A stretch of 64,000 nt of DNA, taken from contig NW_026864086.1 in the NCBI RefSeq assembly GCF_026571515.1, positions 434,001-498,000 of the forward strand, read 5' to 3'. This document shows, in pieces, positions 1 to 14,400 of the stretch. A program made the translations under genes and the position numbers. Below the pieces are notes generated by a model. The model saw nothing but the letters and a program-made list of their open reading frames with translations, had not been told where the DNA came from and made no database searches. How positions within the stretch are numbered: position 1 is the stretch's first letter; each line of letters begins with the position of its first letter. The DNA comes from Ruditapes philippinarum. Its lineage: Eukaryota.

Positions 1-119
1 TAAAATATTTGATTATGTGACTAGCGCCTGTGCTCACAGCTGTGTTGTTACTGTGGTGATCATAAAATCTTCAATAGAAATATACAAATATACAACCAAA
101 TAGCTCTATAAATGCACAG

Positions 120-1467
120 TCAAACCTGTCTTTAAATATACAGTCTTACCTGTCTGTAAGATAGTCAAACTTGTCGATAGAAATTAAGTGAAACTTGTCA
201 AACAGTTAATCAATATATACTTGTTCGGTGAATTTTGTGAAAAGAAATACAGTAAATTTGTCTTTAGATTTACAGTCAAACTAATTTAAAGATACACAGT
301 TAAACATGTCTGTAGATATACAGTAAAACATGTTTAAAGATATACAGTCAAACTTGTCTAAAGATACACTGTCAAACTTGTCTATAGATACACAGTCAAA
401 GGTTCTGTCAAACTTGTTTATAGATACACTGTCAACCTAGTCTATAGATACACTAAAAAACTTGTTTATAGATACACTGTCAAACTTGTCTATAGATATA
501 ATTTCAAAGTTGTCTAAAGATACACTGTCAGACCTGTCTATAGATATACTGTCAAACTTGTCTATAGATATAATGTCAGACTTGTCGATAGATATAATGT
601 CAAACTTGTCTATAGATATAATGTCAAAGTTGTCTATAGATATAATGTCAAACTTGTCTATAGATATAATGTCAAAGTTGTCTATAGATATAATGTCAAA
701 CTTGTCTATAGATATACTGTCAAACTTGTGTGTCAAACTTGTATGTAGATATAAAGTCAAACTTGTTTTTAGATACACTGTCAAACTTGTCTATAGTTAT
801 GTCAAACTTGTCTTTAGATATACTGTCAAACTTGTCTATAGATATAATGTCAAACTTGTCTATAGATATAATGTCAAAGTTGTCTATAGATATAATGTCA
901 AAGTTGTCTATAGATACACTGTCAGACTTGTCTATAGATACACTGTCAAATTTGTCTATAGATACACTGTCAAACTTGTCTATAGATACACAGTCAAAGG
1001 TATTGTCAAACTTGTATATAGATACACTTTCAAACTTGTCTATATATATATACTGTCATACTTGTCTATAGATTCACTGTCAAACTTGTCTATAGATACA
1101 CTGCAAAACGTATCTATAGATACACTGTCAGATCTGTCTATAGATACACTGTCAAACTTGTCTATAGATACACTGCAAAACGTATCTATAGATACACTGT
1201 CAAACTTGTCTATAGATACACTGTCAACCTTGTCTATAGATACACTGCAAAACGTATCTATAGATACACTGTCTGATCTGTCTATAGATACACTGTCAAA
1301 CTTGTCTATAGATACACTGCAAAACGTATCTATAGATACACAGTCAAATTTGTCTATAGATACACTGTCAACCTTGTCTATAGATACACAGTCAAAGGTA
1401 TTGTCAAACTTGTATATAGATACACTTTCAAACTTGTCTTTATATATACTGTCATACTTGTCTATAG
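120..1467. repeat. 24-bp minisatellite, unit ~GTCAAACTTGTCTATAGATACACT; degenerate at the 5' end, homogeneous from ~340
   Basis: Directly visible tandem units with a palindromic TCTATAGA core. The variant unit CTGCAAAACGTATCTATAG recurs at 1101, 1173, 1245 and 1317 (72-bp period). Confidence 0.95.
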
Positions 1468-3097
1468 TTTCATACATAATGCACATTTACAACAGCTTGC
1501 TTATAGAAGACAAGAGCACTGCAAAGGCGGAGCAATATACGCTCAATGTAAATTTGTTTGAGTAATAGAAAAATCAAATTAGGGAATAGATCTAATCCAG
1601 AATTGTGTCTGTAAAATGTTCAATCTTTATGACACCATATGACCTTCAAAGAGGGGTATTTTTACTCTAGTTGCATGATTCATTAAATTAGGCAATGATA
1701 TATACGAAATAAAGAGGCATAGTAGTTATCCAGAAAATATAATAGGTGTTTTCCTTTACCTTAATCTATATAAAGCAAGTGACTCCATGACAGGGCCAAT
1801 TTTGAATGGAGGGTCATGATAAATATAACGTTAGTAGATATCTATAAATTGATGCTACATGTCAAATATCTATGCTTTATAGTTTCACACAATAATACTC
1901 AAGTTATTTTCCTATACACGTTTAAGTCGATATAAATCATGCTACCTAAATGCTAAACAATAGTGACAACAGGGGCACGATAAATTTCAGTTTTCAAGAT
2001 CTACACGCTAAATGTCTAAGCTCTAGGCATTGTAGTTTCACAAAATAATACTTGAATGTGTTTCCTATACAAAAATGTATTAACTTAGTGACCACCGGAG
2101 CGGAAACCAATATTCGCAAAAGGGGACATTTAAATACCAGCTATGTTGTGGTCCACAATGCGAAATTACATGCCAAATATTAAAGCTGTGGTCAGCGTAG
2201 TTTCACACAAAAAGTCTCCCTGGGGCAGGGCAAATATTGAACCAACAACCATCATTCATATCAGTTTTGTGGAGGTTAATAAAGTAATGCTCCATGCTAA
2301 ATATCTTCGCTCTAGACTTAAAAGTTTCGAACAATTAAACTAAAATGTGCGTTCTTATATAAGTCTATAAAATAAAATAATTTTTTACCTGTGTTCTGCA
2401 CATCGTCTAATTGTAAGTGATATTTCTGCCGGAAAGTTTTAATTTCTGTATTTTGGTTAAACAATACAGAGCGGACACGAAATTTCAAAATTCACACAAG
2501 ATAACTGTGACCTTGTCTTTGATCTGAGGAAGGTCAAAGCTGCGCTCTTGACATTGTCTCCATTTGATAATCGTGTCTGCCAAGTACACCAATACATGTA
2601 GTTTCAATTTCCTTCAACCGATTAAAAAGATACAGACCGGACACAAATTTGCTATCAGGTGGACGGAAGACCAGGTGTATAACAATAAAAACCGACTTAT
2701 GTTCGGGCGTATAACAATAGAAATATTGTTTGAGGAACGTGTAGAATTTCTTCGAACTACACTGTGGCAAGTTATATACTTTGTAAAGGTTATATATTGC
2801 AAACATATTTTGCGTATGAGTATAAAATATGACCATGATGCATATAAGAAAAAAACCCGTGACTACATGTCACAAAATTTTATTCTTTCTCCAACATGTG
2901 ATTATCGCGGATTTGTCTTAACTATACAAGTTATTAAAAGAGTGTTAGTCCAGCTTAAATTATGACCCTTTGGAATATAGGAAAGTACATGAATATGATT
3001 TGGACAAATTGAAAATTATAATACAACAGACAATGTAAAAATACTGTTTTAGCTATATACTGAAGAATTCTGAGACATTTAAACGGTGTCGTGTTAT

Positions 3098-3270
3098 TTA
3101 CACGGTGTCACAAGGGCTTGCACTAGCACTGCTCATAGGCACATATCTACGTTCATGCTGCACAGGTATTTCCATGTATATTTTACTTGGTGTGGTTGCC
3201 TCCCTCGACACGGTTTCACAGTCATTCGCAAAGCCATTTCGCGCACGCATATATATATGAGGGCTATCGA
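3098..3270 (-). CDS. Terminal exon: cytoplasmic tail with Tyr motifs
   Basis: ttttcag|TC acceptor is phase-1 compatible with the TM exon. Encodes FDSPHIYMRARNGFANDCETVSREATTPSKIYMEIPVQHERRYVPMSSASASPCDTV*. Confidence 0.72.
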
Positions 3271-5460
3271 CTGAAAATATACAACTGGGTATTGAAAACA
3301 AACACAATGAAGAACAAATGTGTTTATCCAATGACAAAAATCTGGGTGTCTAGGTAAAATAATAATAAAAAACATTTTTATGTAAAACTCGTGTAAAAAC
3401 AAAAAAAAAACAATGTTATTGATATAAATTGATTTGAGGTTAAATATCAGAAAAAAAATACTTCACTATACTCTAATAAGATTCAAATTTTACATTGTAA
3501 AAACCTTTAGGAACATATATCTTTACCGTCACTGATCTATAAAAATTCATTCTAGGATAATATAAAATAAGCAAAAATATAATATAATAAAATATAATAT
3601 TATATAATATAATATAATAATATAATATAATATAATTTAATGAAATGTAATGTAATGTATTGTAATATAATATAATATAATATAATAAAAATGTAATGTA
3701 ATATAATATAAGTAAGAAAAAAATATGAAATTTGTTTGTTTACATTGCTTCTTTTGCCTGCAGAGTAATACTGCAAGGACAATTCCTATAATAACAGCTA
3801 CCCCAAACAACGCACCCAGAACCTTCACCATAATCCCTTCAACATTCGTTTCCCTGTAAAAAACCCAACAGTAGATCACTTTAAGTCGCTGAAAGAATCA
3901 AAGCATTGCAAGCATTGAAGTATACAATGTATGGTTAGTAAAAAAAACTGTACTATGAGTTGATGTATGCACTGGCAATTTCTCCCATCTACAACGTAGA
4001 AGCGATTTTTTGACCCAAAATAAAAAGTACCACAGATTCTAGCTTTGGTAATGAAATGTTTTGACTATCAGGAGATTCGAAATCAATAGAGTAAAAGTTT
4101 TCATGTATCAAATCAGTTTTGCATGGATGCATAAATCTCAATGGTCATCTGTTTTATATCATATTTTTTAATATAAGTTAATGTTTTAGTTTTGAAAGTG
4201 GTATATAATTGTAAGAATGATGATTATTCAAATATTATTAATTGCGTTTTTTAACGTTTCCAAGTTAATGTTACCCATAATCACATACAATTCCACTATC
4301 CATGAGCAAAGACCGAAGACGCCGGCACGTACAAAACATTCGCTTCAATTCATTTCTACCGTGATCGTGTATATTGTTTTAAGATTATGAATAGCGGTTT
4401 ACATTGGAACAGGATTTTTTAGCAATATGAATACTTCTGAATGTCATTTTAAATTTGAAAAGAATATACTTAAGCAATTGATAGATAAATCAAATCGAAA
4501 TTTTAATGAGAATGATTACACCAACGAAAATACCGAAAGAAAACGTAATTAAACTAAGTGTAATCTTAAAATACTTTAGAAAAAAATACAATTAATAATT
4601 TAAATGATGACGATGATACAATTATTTCATGCTATCCATTGTTTGACTGTAATATATCAGATGATTATATTATGATAAACCACTTGTGAAATTTATAAAA
4701 TAAAATATAATTTTCACGGTAGCCGGACTATATCTGAATGCGGATGAAAAAAATATCATAACTCAATGGAAGCACACTTGCCACATGTAATGACCTGTTT
4801 ATTGCATATGTTCCGCAGCAATTTTTCAGACTGGAATTAAATCAAGCAATAACGTAATTGTTCTAATATATTTATTAATTGCTTGAAAATAGATATTTCA
4901 ATGTATAAAATAAATAGTTAATCCACAAAAGTGTCAGCTGGCTGTCCTTGGTGTTCGATTAGATTATCTTAATCCATCAAGCAATTCGCCAAAGATTCAA
5001 CATCCTCTCGACGACCTTTCTTTTGCGGACAACAGGTGAGTGATGACCAGGAATAGCCTTAATATGGGATGTTGGCACACTTGGCAAGTGCGCCAATATG
5101 GCTTATTTGCACACTTGCTCAAATACGGGATTTTCGCATGTCATATTCAGAAAAATGAAACGCATTTTTATTACTAATTATAGTAACATTATGCAATAAT
5201 GCCGCATAAAACATTTTGCAAGCATAATAAAACGGGCAATGTAAAAGAGCTACAATTGACAATTATACACCATTTGAATCTACAAATATTTACCTGGAAC
5301 ATGGTATTTGTTCGCATACATATTTGATTGCAATGTATTTTTTGATGTAAGGAGGGTCATGTGACCCGTATTTGAAATTTGAAATTTGGAGGAGCACATA
5401 ATATGTTAACCGTACATGTAAGATTGGTAAGTCAACATTGCATAGTTTATTTATTTATTT

Positions 5461-5498
<38 letters not shown>

Positions 5499-8400
5499 AT
5501 ACTACAGCTAGAATGTAAATTACTAAAAATGTTTCCCACAGGGAACCTTTTTAACTTTTTCAAATATTGAACGACGTTACATGATCACCCAGTTTATACG
5601 GGTTGTAAAGGAGAATTACGTTTGGTTCATCGAAAAAAACTTCCTTATTCGGGTCGAAGCTCATCTGACTTTTTTAATTTCTTTTATTCAAAAATACGTG
5701 ATCATGCCTAAAACTCGGCTTAAATATCAAACAGGAAGATAGTTAAAGTATTTATCTAAATGATCATGTGAAACTATAGGATTGAAAATTTGAATAATGT
5801 TTTTCAAGTTTGTTTTTGTTGTTTCATGAAATATATTTATAGTACAAAGATTGCTTTAAGATTTTTATTGATTTTTTTGTAACTTGACAATTAAAGGCAA
5901 CTTTCATAGTGATTCCTATAAAAGAAAACATTAATATGTGACGCCCATTATAATTCATTCATCTGCATTAAAATGAATTATCAAAAGAAAAAAAAGATCC
6001 CAAAATCGTAAACTCCAAAAAAAAAAACTTTCGCGTTACCGCATTGAAGATGAACGCTATCTGAATGTTAAATAGAGTAAGAAAAAAAAAACACTGAAAC
6101 ATACAGTCAACAAATTAATTTCCGTATTATTTGACACACTACTATCATTATTTCCGTGTTATAAATTTGATAATTTAAATAGAAAAAAAAATAAAAATTA
6201 CTTTATTTAAATGCAATGTATGCGTATCCAGTTTTATTAATGCATTTAAACTATGTATTAGGCATATTGAATGATTATTTAGGATGAAATCTTAATACCT
6301 ATTTGGGTTCTTCAAAGTAATAAAACAAAGCCCTACCACATTATTAAATGGACAATTATTGTGTAATATGCTCATGGACATTTTTATTTAACTTCATAAA
6401 TGTCCCGGAAACGGACACGTCAAAATAATGAGGTAATTATGAAATAATATTATTTGATAATCGTTATGCTTATAGTTTTAAATAGAACTGTCGATAATTG
6501 AATGAAAATAGTTTTAACTAACAATAAAATTTCATGAATATATGATTTAATGTATAACTTGTATAAATGTACAGCCTTTGAATTTCACAATTTTATATCA
6601 TATTCTTGCAAGTCTCGAATCAAGATATTATATAAATTATTTTTAATTCGTTTTCAATAACGAGGACATTTTTTCCTTTGGCGGAACAAAACGTCAAAAG
6701 AACTAAATTAGGAATAAACAAGATACATTATATACTAGTCACTATTTGTAAAGAAGAAAAAACACGTGAACAGCTGACAGCGTTTTTTACTGAAGCACGG
6801 TACGTCTTTCAGCCTTCTGTAAGGCTTAAGCTCTTTGCTTTTTCGTCACACCATCAACTGAGAATGACGCGTAAATTATCATTTATAAAATAGCAATAAA
6901 ACTTTGAATACATACCCATCTTTTGAGTCTTTGTCAATAATGTCTGTGTCCTTTGATACCGCATAACAATTACTACATGCTTGTTTATTAGGACATCTTG
7001 AAACAATTGACACATCATTCGGATAGCTTATCTTGCTTGCCTCAAACGTAAAAGTGCCTTCCAATGGATACCTTCCAACCTGTTGTTCAACGAAATCATA
7101 AGTTGACTTGAAAAAATTGCTTTTTACCGTTCCAATAAATTTTTTGATAGGTAAAATGTCTTTCTTAGTCCAATTTGAGTAAAAGTCGTTTAAACACTTA
7201 ATTTTGGGTCATTTTGCAAAATAAAATTTATTATTCAGGAAAAAAATGTATTAGCAAACAATGTGAAAGTTTAAAAAAAATATTGTTCAAATATGGACAA
7301 ATCTGGAAAAAATCCTATTCCGTCATGTCAAAAACAAATTAATATCCAACAAAGAAATCTCAATATAAAGCTTTAAAAAGTAGGCATGGCGATGGAATAC
7401 TTACTTCCTTATAAAGAAGCATTGATAGGTCGTCGTCATCTTTTTGTATGTTGTAGATTCTGTAACCTACATTTCCATCACCGTTTTTGTCAAAAACTTT
7501 CATCTTGTTCCCTGATCCATCCAAGTCCATCTTAATATTCAATATTTCATTAACAAGCCCTGTTAAAATGAAATAATGAACACTGTTTTGAACATCTTAT
7601 ATATAAACTTTCTACGCAAATGACCTTCTAGACATTATTAACACTGATTTTAAAGGTATTTTTACAGTTAACGAACTCATGATTTTTGCACACGACCAAG
7701 TACTTTTGGCTAAACCCCCTTGAATCTCTTCAGGCAATGTTAACGGATATTGAAACTTATTGTAATACATGGGGTTTGAAAATAAAAACGTCTAAAACAA
7801 AACCAATGATTTTTGAAAAAGGACAGGTATACTCAGCATACTTTTCATATTTATAGCACACCAATTGAACTTGTAAAATCATTTAAATAACTTGGAATTA
7901 CTCTTTTTAAAAATGGCAATTGGTTTAGAACCCAAAACAGAATAGCTCAACATGCCTCATTTGCTTTACATAACCTGTTTAAAGTATTAACATAGAACTA
8001 CCAATTTATCAGAAATGTAAATTATTTGATTCTCTAGTCGGTCCATTTTGAATTCAAAATCGGAGATATGGGGAATGCACGATGCTAAAGATATAGAATT
8101 AATACATAGTGAATTTTTGCGGAGAGTCTTAGGGGTCAAACAATTAACTAATTTGTCAGCGCTTTATGGTGAGCTTGGTCGTTATCCGTTACATATTACT
8201 AGAAAACATAACATGATAAGATATTGGTAAAAAAATCTTAAACTTAATCATTCATCACTCGTAAAGCAAGCGTATTTACTTCTCAAGTCAGATACAGATG
8301 TTAGTCGACATTTTAACGGAGAAAATGGACTTCTTTTATAAAAGACATCTTGTCAATTCTTGGCTTTTCACATATTTGGGACAATCAGTTTGATATAGAT

Positions 8401-11400
8401 ATACCATATGATACTATTAAACAAAGATTAATTGACACTTTTCTACAAACTTGGTAAGTATCTATCAATAATTCACCAAAATTACAAATATACTTCATAT
8501 TTAAACATTCTTTTGAAATGGAAAAGTATTTAGATTATGTCCAAGACAGTAAATATATAACAGCTTTAACTAGATTTCGAACTTCCTCCCATAATTTATT
8601 TACAGAAACTGGTAGATATGAAAACACTCATAGAGAACAGCGAATATGTAAATCATGCAATATGAAGAGAGTGAATACCACTTTCTCCTTGAATTTCCCA
8701 ACTACCAAGATCTTCGAACATATATTTTAAACCGTACTATTTCCATTGACTATTGCCATCATGAACTTGTTAGTCTCTTGTCGTCAGACCCAAAGAAAAC
8801 TAAAGGTGCCTTAGCTAAATTTTTGTATTGGGCAAATCATAAACGTATCTCTTAATCTGCTATTTTTTCTGTCAGACTATATTAATGAAAATAAGTATAG
8901 TTCCTATAATAACTTGTATTCTTCAGAAAACTGTGTATTGTTAACTGTTTTTTTTTTCTGTACATGTCTGTACATGGGTATCATTGTTATTTGGCTATAA
9001 GCAATGTATTTTGTTTCATGCGTAATAAAATTCGTATTCGTATATAAAAACTTCTCGCATTTATTTTATTATACATTTACTTACCATGCCTGCAAAAAAA
9101 CGAAACATATACAGTTGTATATTTATCTGTGTATATGTAACTTCATATGCAATTAATTACAGTGCTCGAATGTATGTTGAGTGTTGTCAAAAGTCAATAT
9201 TATTATGATAATTGAAATGTATTTTGTATATGTTCACAGCCCCTACACTCTTAATTGATATTTTGTAATGTATTGTTTATGTGTTGGTCGGTAGCCGTAA
9301 ATAACACAATAAAGAGTTGAATCGAATATGATTTTTATCTATTTACTAATTTGTAATAAATAAATGAAATAAACTTTATTTTTTAATGATTTAATGTACT
9401 AGTATCTAGACTAAACAAATGCAATTATGGCAGTGAACTATTAAAAACGTCCTGTCTGGTTTTAAAACATTGTTAACCTAGATTCCTACAAGGCGAATGG
9501 CCCCGATAAGATTAAGCCAATTATTCTTAAAACAACAATGGCATCTGAATACCTTTTTTACAAGACATGCACAATTTGATGTGTTTCATAAAGTATAAAT
9601 TAATAAAGTAAGAAGAAAACTTTTGTATTAAGACCACACATTATCATATAAGTTCAGCTTATTATGTCAAATGCTTTGGGTTTTGTCTAAATGTCTTGAA
9701 AAGACTAAACAGTAAAAGCAAAGATATTATTTAAATGTTAACTCTCCAACTCTTGAACAACGTGGTAGCCAGTATCTTAAATGTTCATTCTCTTAACGAC
9801 AATAGAAGAATTAGGTAACAAGTCTGCATTTGTCTAACAAATGTTCGCATCGATAAACACTACATTCGATGAAACTTAGAAGTTACGTTAAGGAGGCATT
9901 TTGAAACTTTTTTCCAAAGGTGTATGCTGAAATGGTTTTCGGTAGGTCCAATGACGCCTTGGATTTAATAAACAAGGTAATTTGGACAGTCTGTTGATAA
10001 CTATGATCGGGAGATCTGACAATTACCAGCCGAAAAATGTACTAACATTATTCAAAGAACGATTTAGTATTCATTCATTTTTTATGCTAAAAGTGTGTGA
10101 CCCATCCATGTATTTAACTTTTGAATCGATCGCATCTTTACTTTTCATTGTATTGGTATAAATAAGTCCCCAGTCAATGTCACCGCTACCGTAATTGAAA
10201 ATATACAGTATACTACTAGTATTATATATGTATGGGTGTTTACTTATGTTATGACTTTTGATATTTTAGCTTGTATACAATATATGAAAGCGAATATTCT
10301 TATGCAATATGCATGTTAAGTGTTTTAGTATGGTTTTAAGAGATGCTTTCTTACCTTTTGTGTTATCCTTGAAATCTTTGCAAAGGTTTTTTGCGTGCGA
10401 ACCACATTTTGATTTTAGAAATTCATTTGCACCTGCCAGGAGACTCTTTGCTGCGACGTAAGCTTGTGTATCGTATGTATCTAGTTTGAAGTTTGGATCC
10501 TGACTGTAGTCATTAGAGTCATTGCATTGCTCGACATGTGTTTTGTCAAAACTGAGATCAAAATAGCACTTCCTCTCGGCTTGAACAAACAGCATAGCCC
10601 ATGGATCTTCGATGTAAGTCTTAGATTTTATGTTCTGGGCGTGGTTTCGAAGTTCTCGGTCTTTGTACATTTCGAGTGAAACGGTGAAAGAACCCAAAAG
10701 AATTTGGTTTTTGTCACTAGCTAATACGGTTGTATCACGTGCCCATGCTTCAGATCCTATGAAAACGAAATCCCCTCGCTTCATTTGTGTAGTGAAAGCA
10801 GACATGATCTTAATAAGATGATCTGGGTACAAGAAAACTACAACTATCTTTGCTTGAGCGTATGTTCTTAGTTTGTCATAGATTTGAAACTCGCTATCGC
10901 CCTCGTTAAAGGAAATGTTCTGAATAACACAAATCTTGTTAGAAGCTGCGAATTCTTTGACTTTATCTCGACCGGCTTCACCATAATCGCCAGCACTATG
11001 AATGATTTGTATGTAATCTGCATTCAACTTCTTCATCATTTCTACCATGGCTTTTGCTTGAGCATCATCCGGTGTAACTACACGCATGAAGTACGGGAAT
11101 TTAGACCTGTCACTCAATGCCGGGCTTGTTGACGCGTAGCTTATCTGTACAAACTTCAGAAACGACAATGTTGAAGCTACAGCCATGCTAACAGTGCTTG
11201 TGTATTCGGCAACATAACCTAGAATTTTATCATCGACCTTCACAACTGTGTTGTTGTCAATCGAAACTCCATTAGCATGTAGATCGTATATTTTCCTTTG
11301 GACAACAGCTGGATTCCTACATGAATTGATGATGATTGAGCCCACTTTAAGCTCAGGATAGAAGTTCGAATAATCACCACTTTTCTTGTTTACTTTTTCT

Positions 11401-14400
11401 ACGGCAAACCTTATAGATTCAGCGAGTTGGTATCCGCTATTGTCTGATATTGCACCACACTCTTGCGTACCGCTCGTATGAAAAATGGGAACTACACCAA
11501 CTAAATATACGTCGCCTGGCTCAAATAAAACACGTTCTTGTAATTCTAATAAGGGCGTGCATTCAGAGCATTTCTGACCAGGTGAACACTGGGCTCTGCG
11601 AACGTCTGGCCACAGTAACTCTTCACCAGATGCACGGTAATCACGGATTTTATTCAAGTCCACTTTAACTTCATTGCCAATCATTTTACCTATCTAAATA
11701 ACAGGAAAATGACATTTTATACACGGCATACTCTGTACAGTATCAGGGGCAGGTAACAGAGAATATATACGTCACTAACCCAAACTATGATAATAACTAG
11801 AATAGAAAATGCAAACAAGAAATCATTAACTCTTCTGTCAGCAAATTCTCACAATTCCCTGATTATATTTACATTTCCTATAAGCATAAAACATTCTACA
11901 ATATATACACATTGTATTCAACAATTTAGAGCTAAAAGCAAAAGCAAAAAAGAAAAGTCTATATTAGTGCCTGTCAAAATAATCCCCTAGATTTCGGAAC
12001 ATTTAAAAAAGACTACGCCTCCTGAGTTAATAGATATACCGGAGCATAAATTGTTCAGTCGAGATGAAAATAACATGTCGTGTATAAAATAAACAGTTTG
12101 ATCAAATACAAATTAGAACAGTGTTATAGAAAAGGGAAGAATTCGTGAACATAAACATTAAAACGATTTATATTAAACCATTTTATTTTAATAGTTGATT
12201 CAATTGCATTTCAGTAAAGATATAAATCGTTCGAGCTAACTCAAACACTATAAGCAGAGAGTTTAAGAAACAGGAACATAAATTTTCTTTTAGGTAACCC
12301 TTGTATCTGTTTATTTCAATAATCAATTTTAATTGCATTTCGTGATGTATTCAATATTTTACCGACCGTGAAAACACATCCATAAAGATAAAATGTTCGC
12401 GTTTGAAAAGATACAAAAAATGTGACATTCCTTACCATGCTTCATATCTTAAATAGACTTATTCATCTTTCATTCTTGATTAAACCACAGAACATTTGAG
12501 GGAAAGTTTCAAAATTTGTGTTAAGTGTATAGCGAACTATGCACACGATAATTAGGCGACACTGGTGTGTCAGCTGATCTTGGTCAGCACGTTATCGCAC
12601 GGGTAGAATATGTTGCCGCCAACAGGGTAAAGGTTAATATGTTATTATCACATTGGTTATGCCAAATGCTGAGAAAATGAAAGATCAATTAAAGCTTATA
12701 TAAAAGTATACTATTAGACCTTTCCTCAAAACTGTTTTAAAAATATTACCTTTTCGAATTTGATTTCATTCGAACTCTCTGAAGACTGGATATTAAATAG
12801 CTCATACGATGATTTGCCGTCCTTTTGCGTGACTGTCCCTGATTGGTCAAATTCCAAACTTTCGTCTTGTAGGGAATCAGGTCTTAATAGAGACGTTACC
12901 TTGTTTAATATTACGCTACCATTTTTACAGAACACAATTTATATTAATTATTGTAAAAGAAATTGCATGTTTGAAATTCAATTAGATGTAACAGTTAAAA
13001 AGCATTTAATAAATGTAAACGCATTTGCATTATACGATGATATTAACAGAAATAAAATAAAAAGCAACAAAATAGAAATTTCTTACGTCCAGGAGAAGTC
13101 GTTTTGGAAGTCGATTTGGAGTCCGGAAATAGCGTCGATCATATCTCCCTGCTTAAATGATTCAACAAATCCTGTACATGAACCCGTTTTTGTCTGGCAA
13201 TATTCCGTCCGGAGTTTCGTCACGGCTTTGATCATAGTATGTACAGCTTTTATAGCGTAACTTATTTGCAATGGCTGCGCGTGAAATGATTTTATTTCAT
13301 TCAGTAAAAAGAGGAAAAAAATTTTTACGTGAATGCACAACCAAGGACCTTTTGTAGAGGACATAAAATAGCCATTGGTTCGATTTAATTCTTTATCAAA
13401 AAAAAAAACTGTTGGGTAAAAACCCCGGTTAGTGCCGAGGGTTTGGGAAAAAATTTTAATAGGGGCGAAAGAACCGAACCCCTTTGATTTTAAATCATTT
13501 TCCCGTTATCCCCGTTTAAATAACGGATGTCCAAACTGCGTCTTCGAAACATAATGATTGACGGGGCGAGTATGAGACTTACCTAATGACGTAAGAAAAA
13601 ATTTTGCAAACGTAATTTTGAAGGTTTTAAAACACAAATTCCGTTAATAGGAGGTTGGAATTAGGAACCCCAATGAGAATTCCTTAAGGGTATTTTCGAA
13701 ATTTCGTTTACTTATGCCTTTTTGATCGCCCCGTCCTATTTAACGCTTAAAAAACTTGTTCTTAGTGTACAAAAGTTGTGTATCCTCTGACCATTTTTTT
13801 TTTCAATAAAACTGCAACCCTTTTCCCCTTTAAAACTTTTCCAGGGTTTTTACCATCATTTTAATAAGAAAAAAAAATTAAAAACTTTATTTTCATATCT
13901 TACGATACAAAAAACTTATATCTCTATCTCCACAGTTGTCTATAAACTAAAAAATTTTTAAAAACAACTTTTAAAAAATTAAACCCCATAGTTTTTTTTC
14001 CACTCAAATATAAGTTTTTTTTTGTAATTTAAAAAAATTATGTGGGCAAAATTTATAAAGTATTGACTGGTTACAGAAAATAGATTGTTAAAAAATTTTT
14101 TGTGCTTATTCCGCTTTTTAAAAGTGCTGACCCTTCTAGGTCTTTGTTTCAGCATATTTAATATTAAAAGATGATACGTTTAAGGTGAAAGGGCTGAAAG
14201 ATTTCATTTTTACATTTTTTCTCTGAACGACCAACATAAACCGAGTACTTTTTTGTTTTTTTTCTTTGCTTCTGGGGTTTTTGTCCTTTAAAGACGATAA
14301 TAGGAACCTATTGACCCTAATTTTCTTAATTAGGATAATTATGGGATAAATAGGAATCAATTTTTTTAGGAAATTACGTTATGGGAAAAACACTTTAATT

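Noticed and set aside
437-1565. Long ORFs (367, 148, 115 and 113 aa) on both strands
   Set aside because: They are translations of the 24-bp minisatellite, with no domain content or splice context.
12760-13260. 166-aa plus-strand ORF
   Set aside because: It is an antisense shadow of two receptor exons and the intervening intron, with no recognisable motifs.
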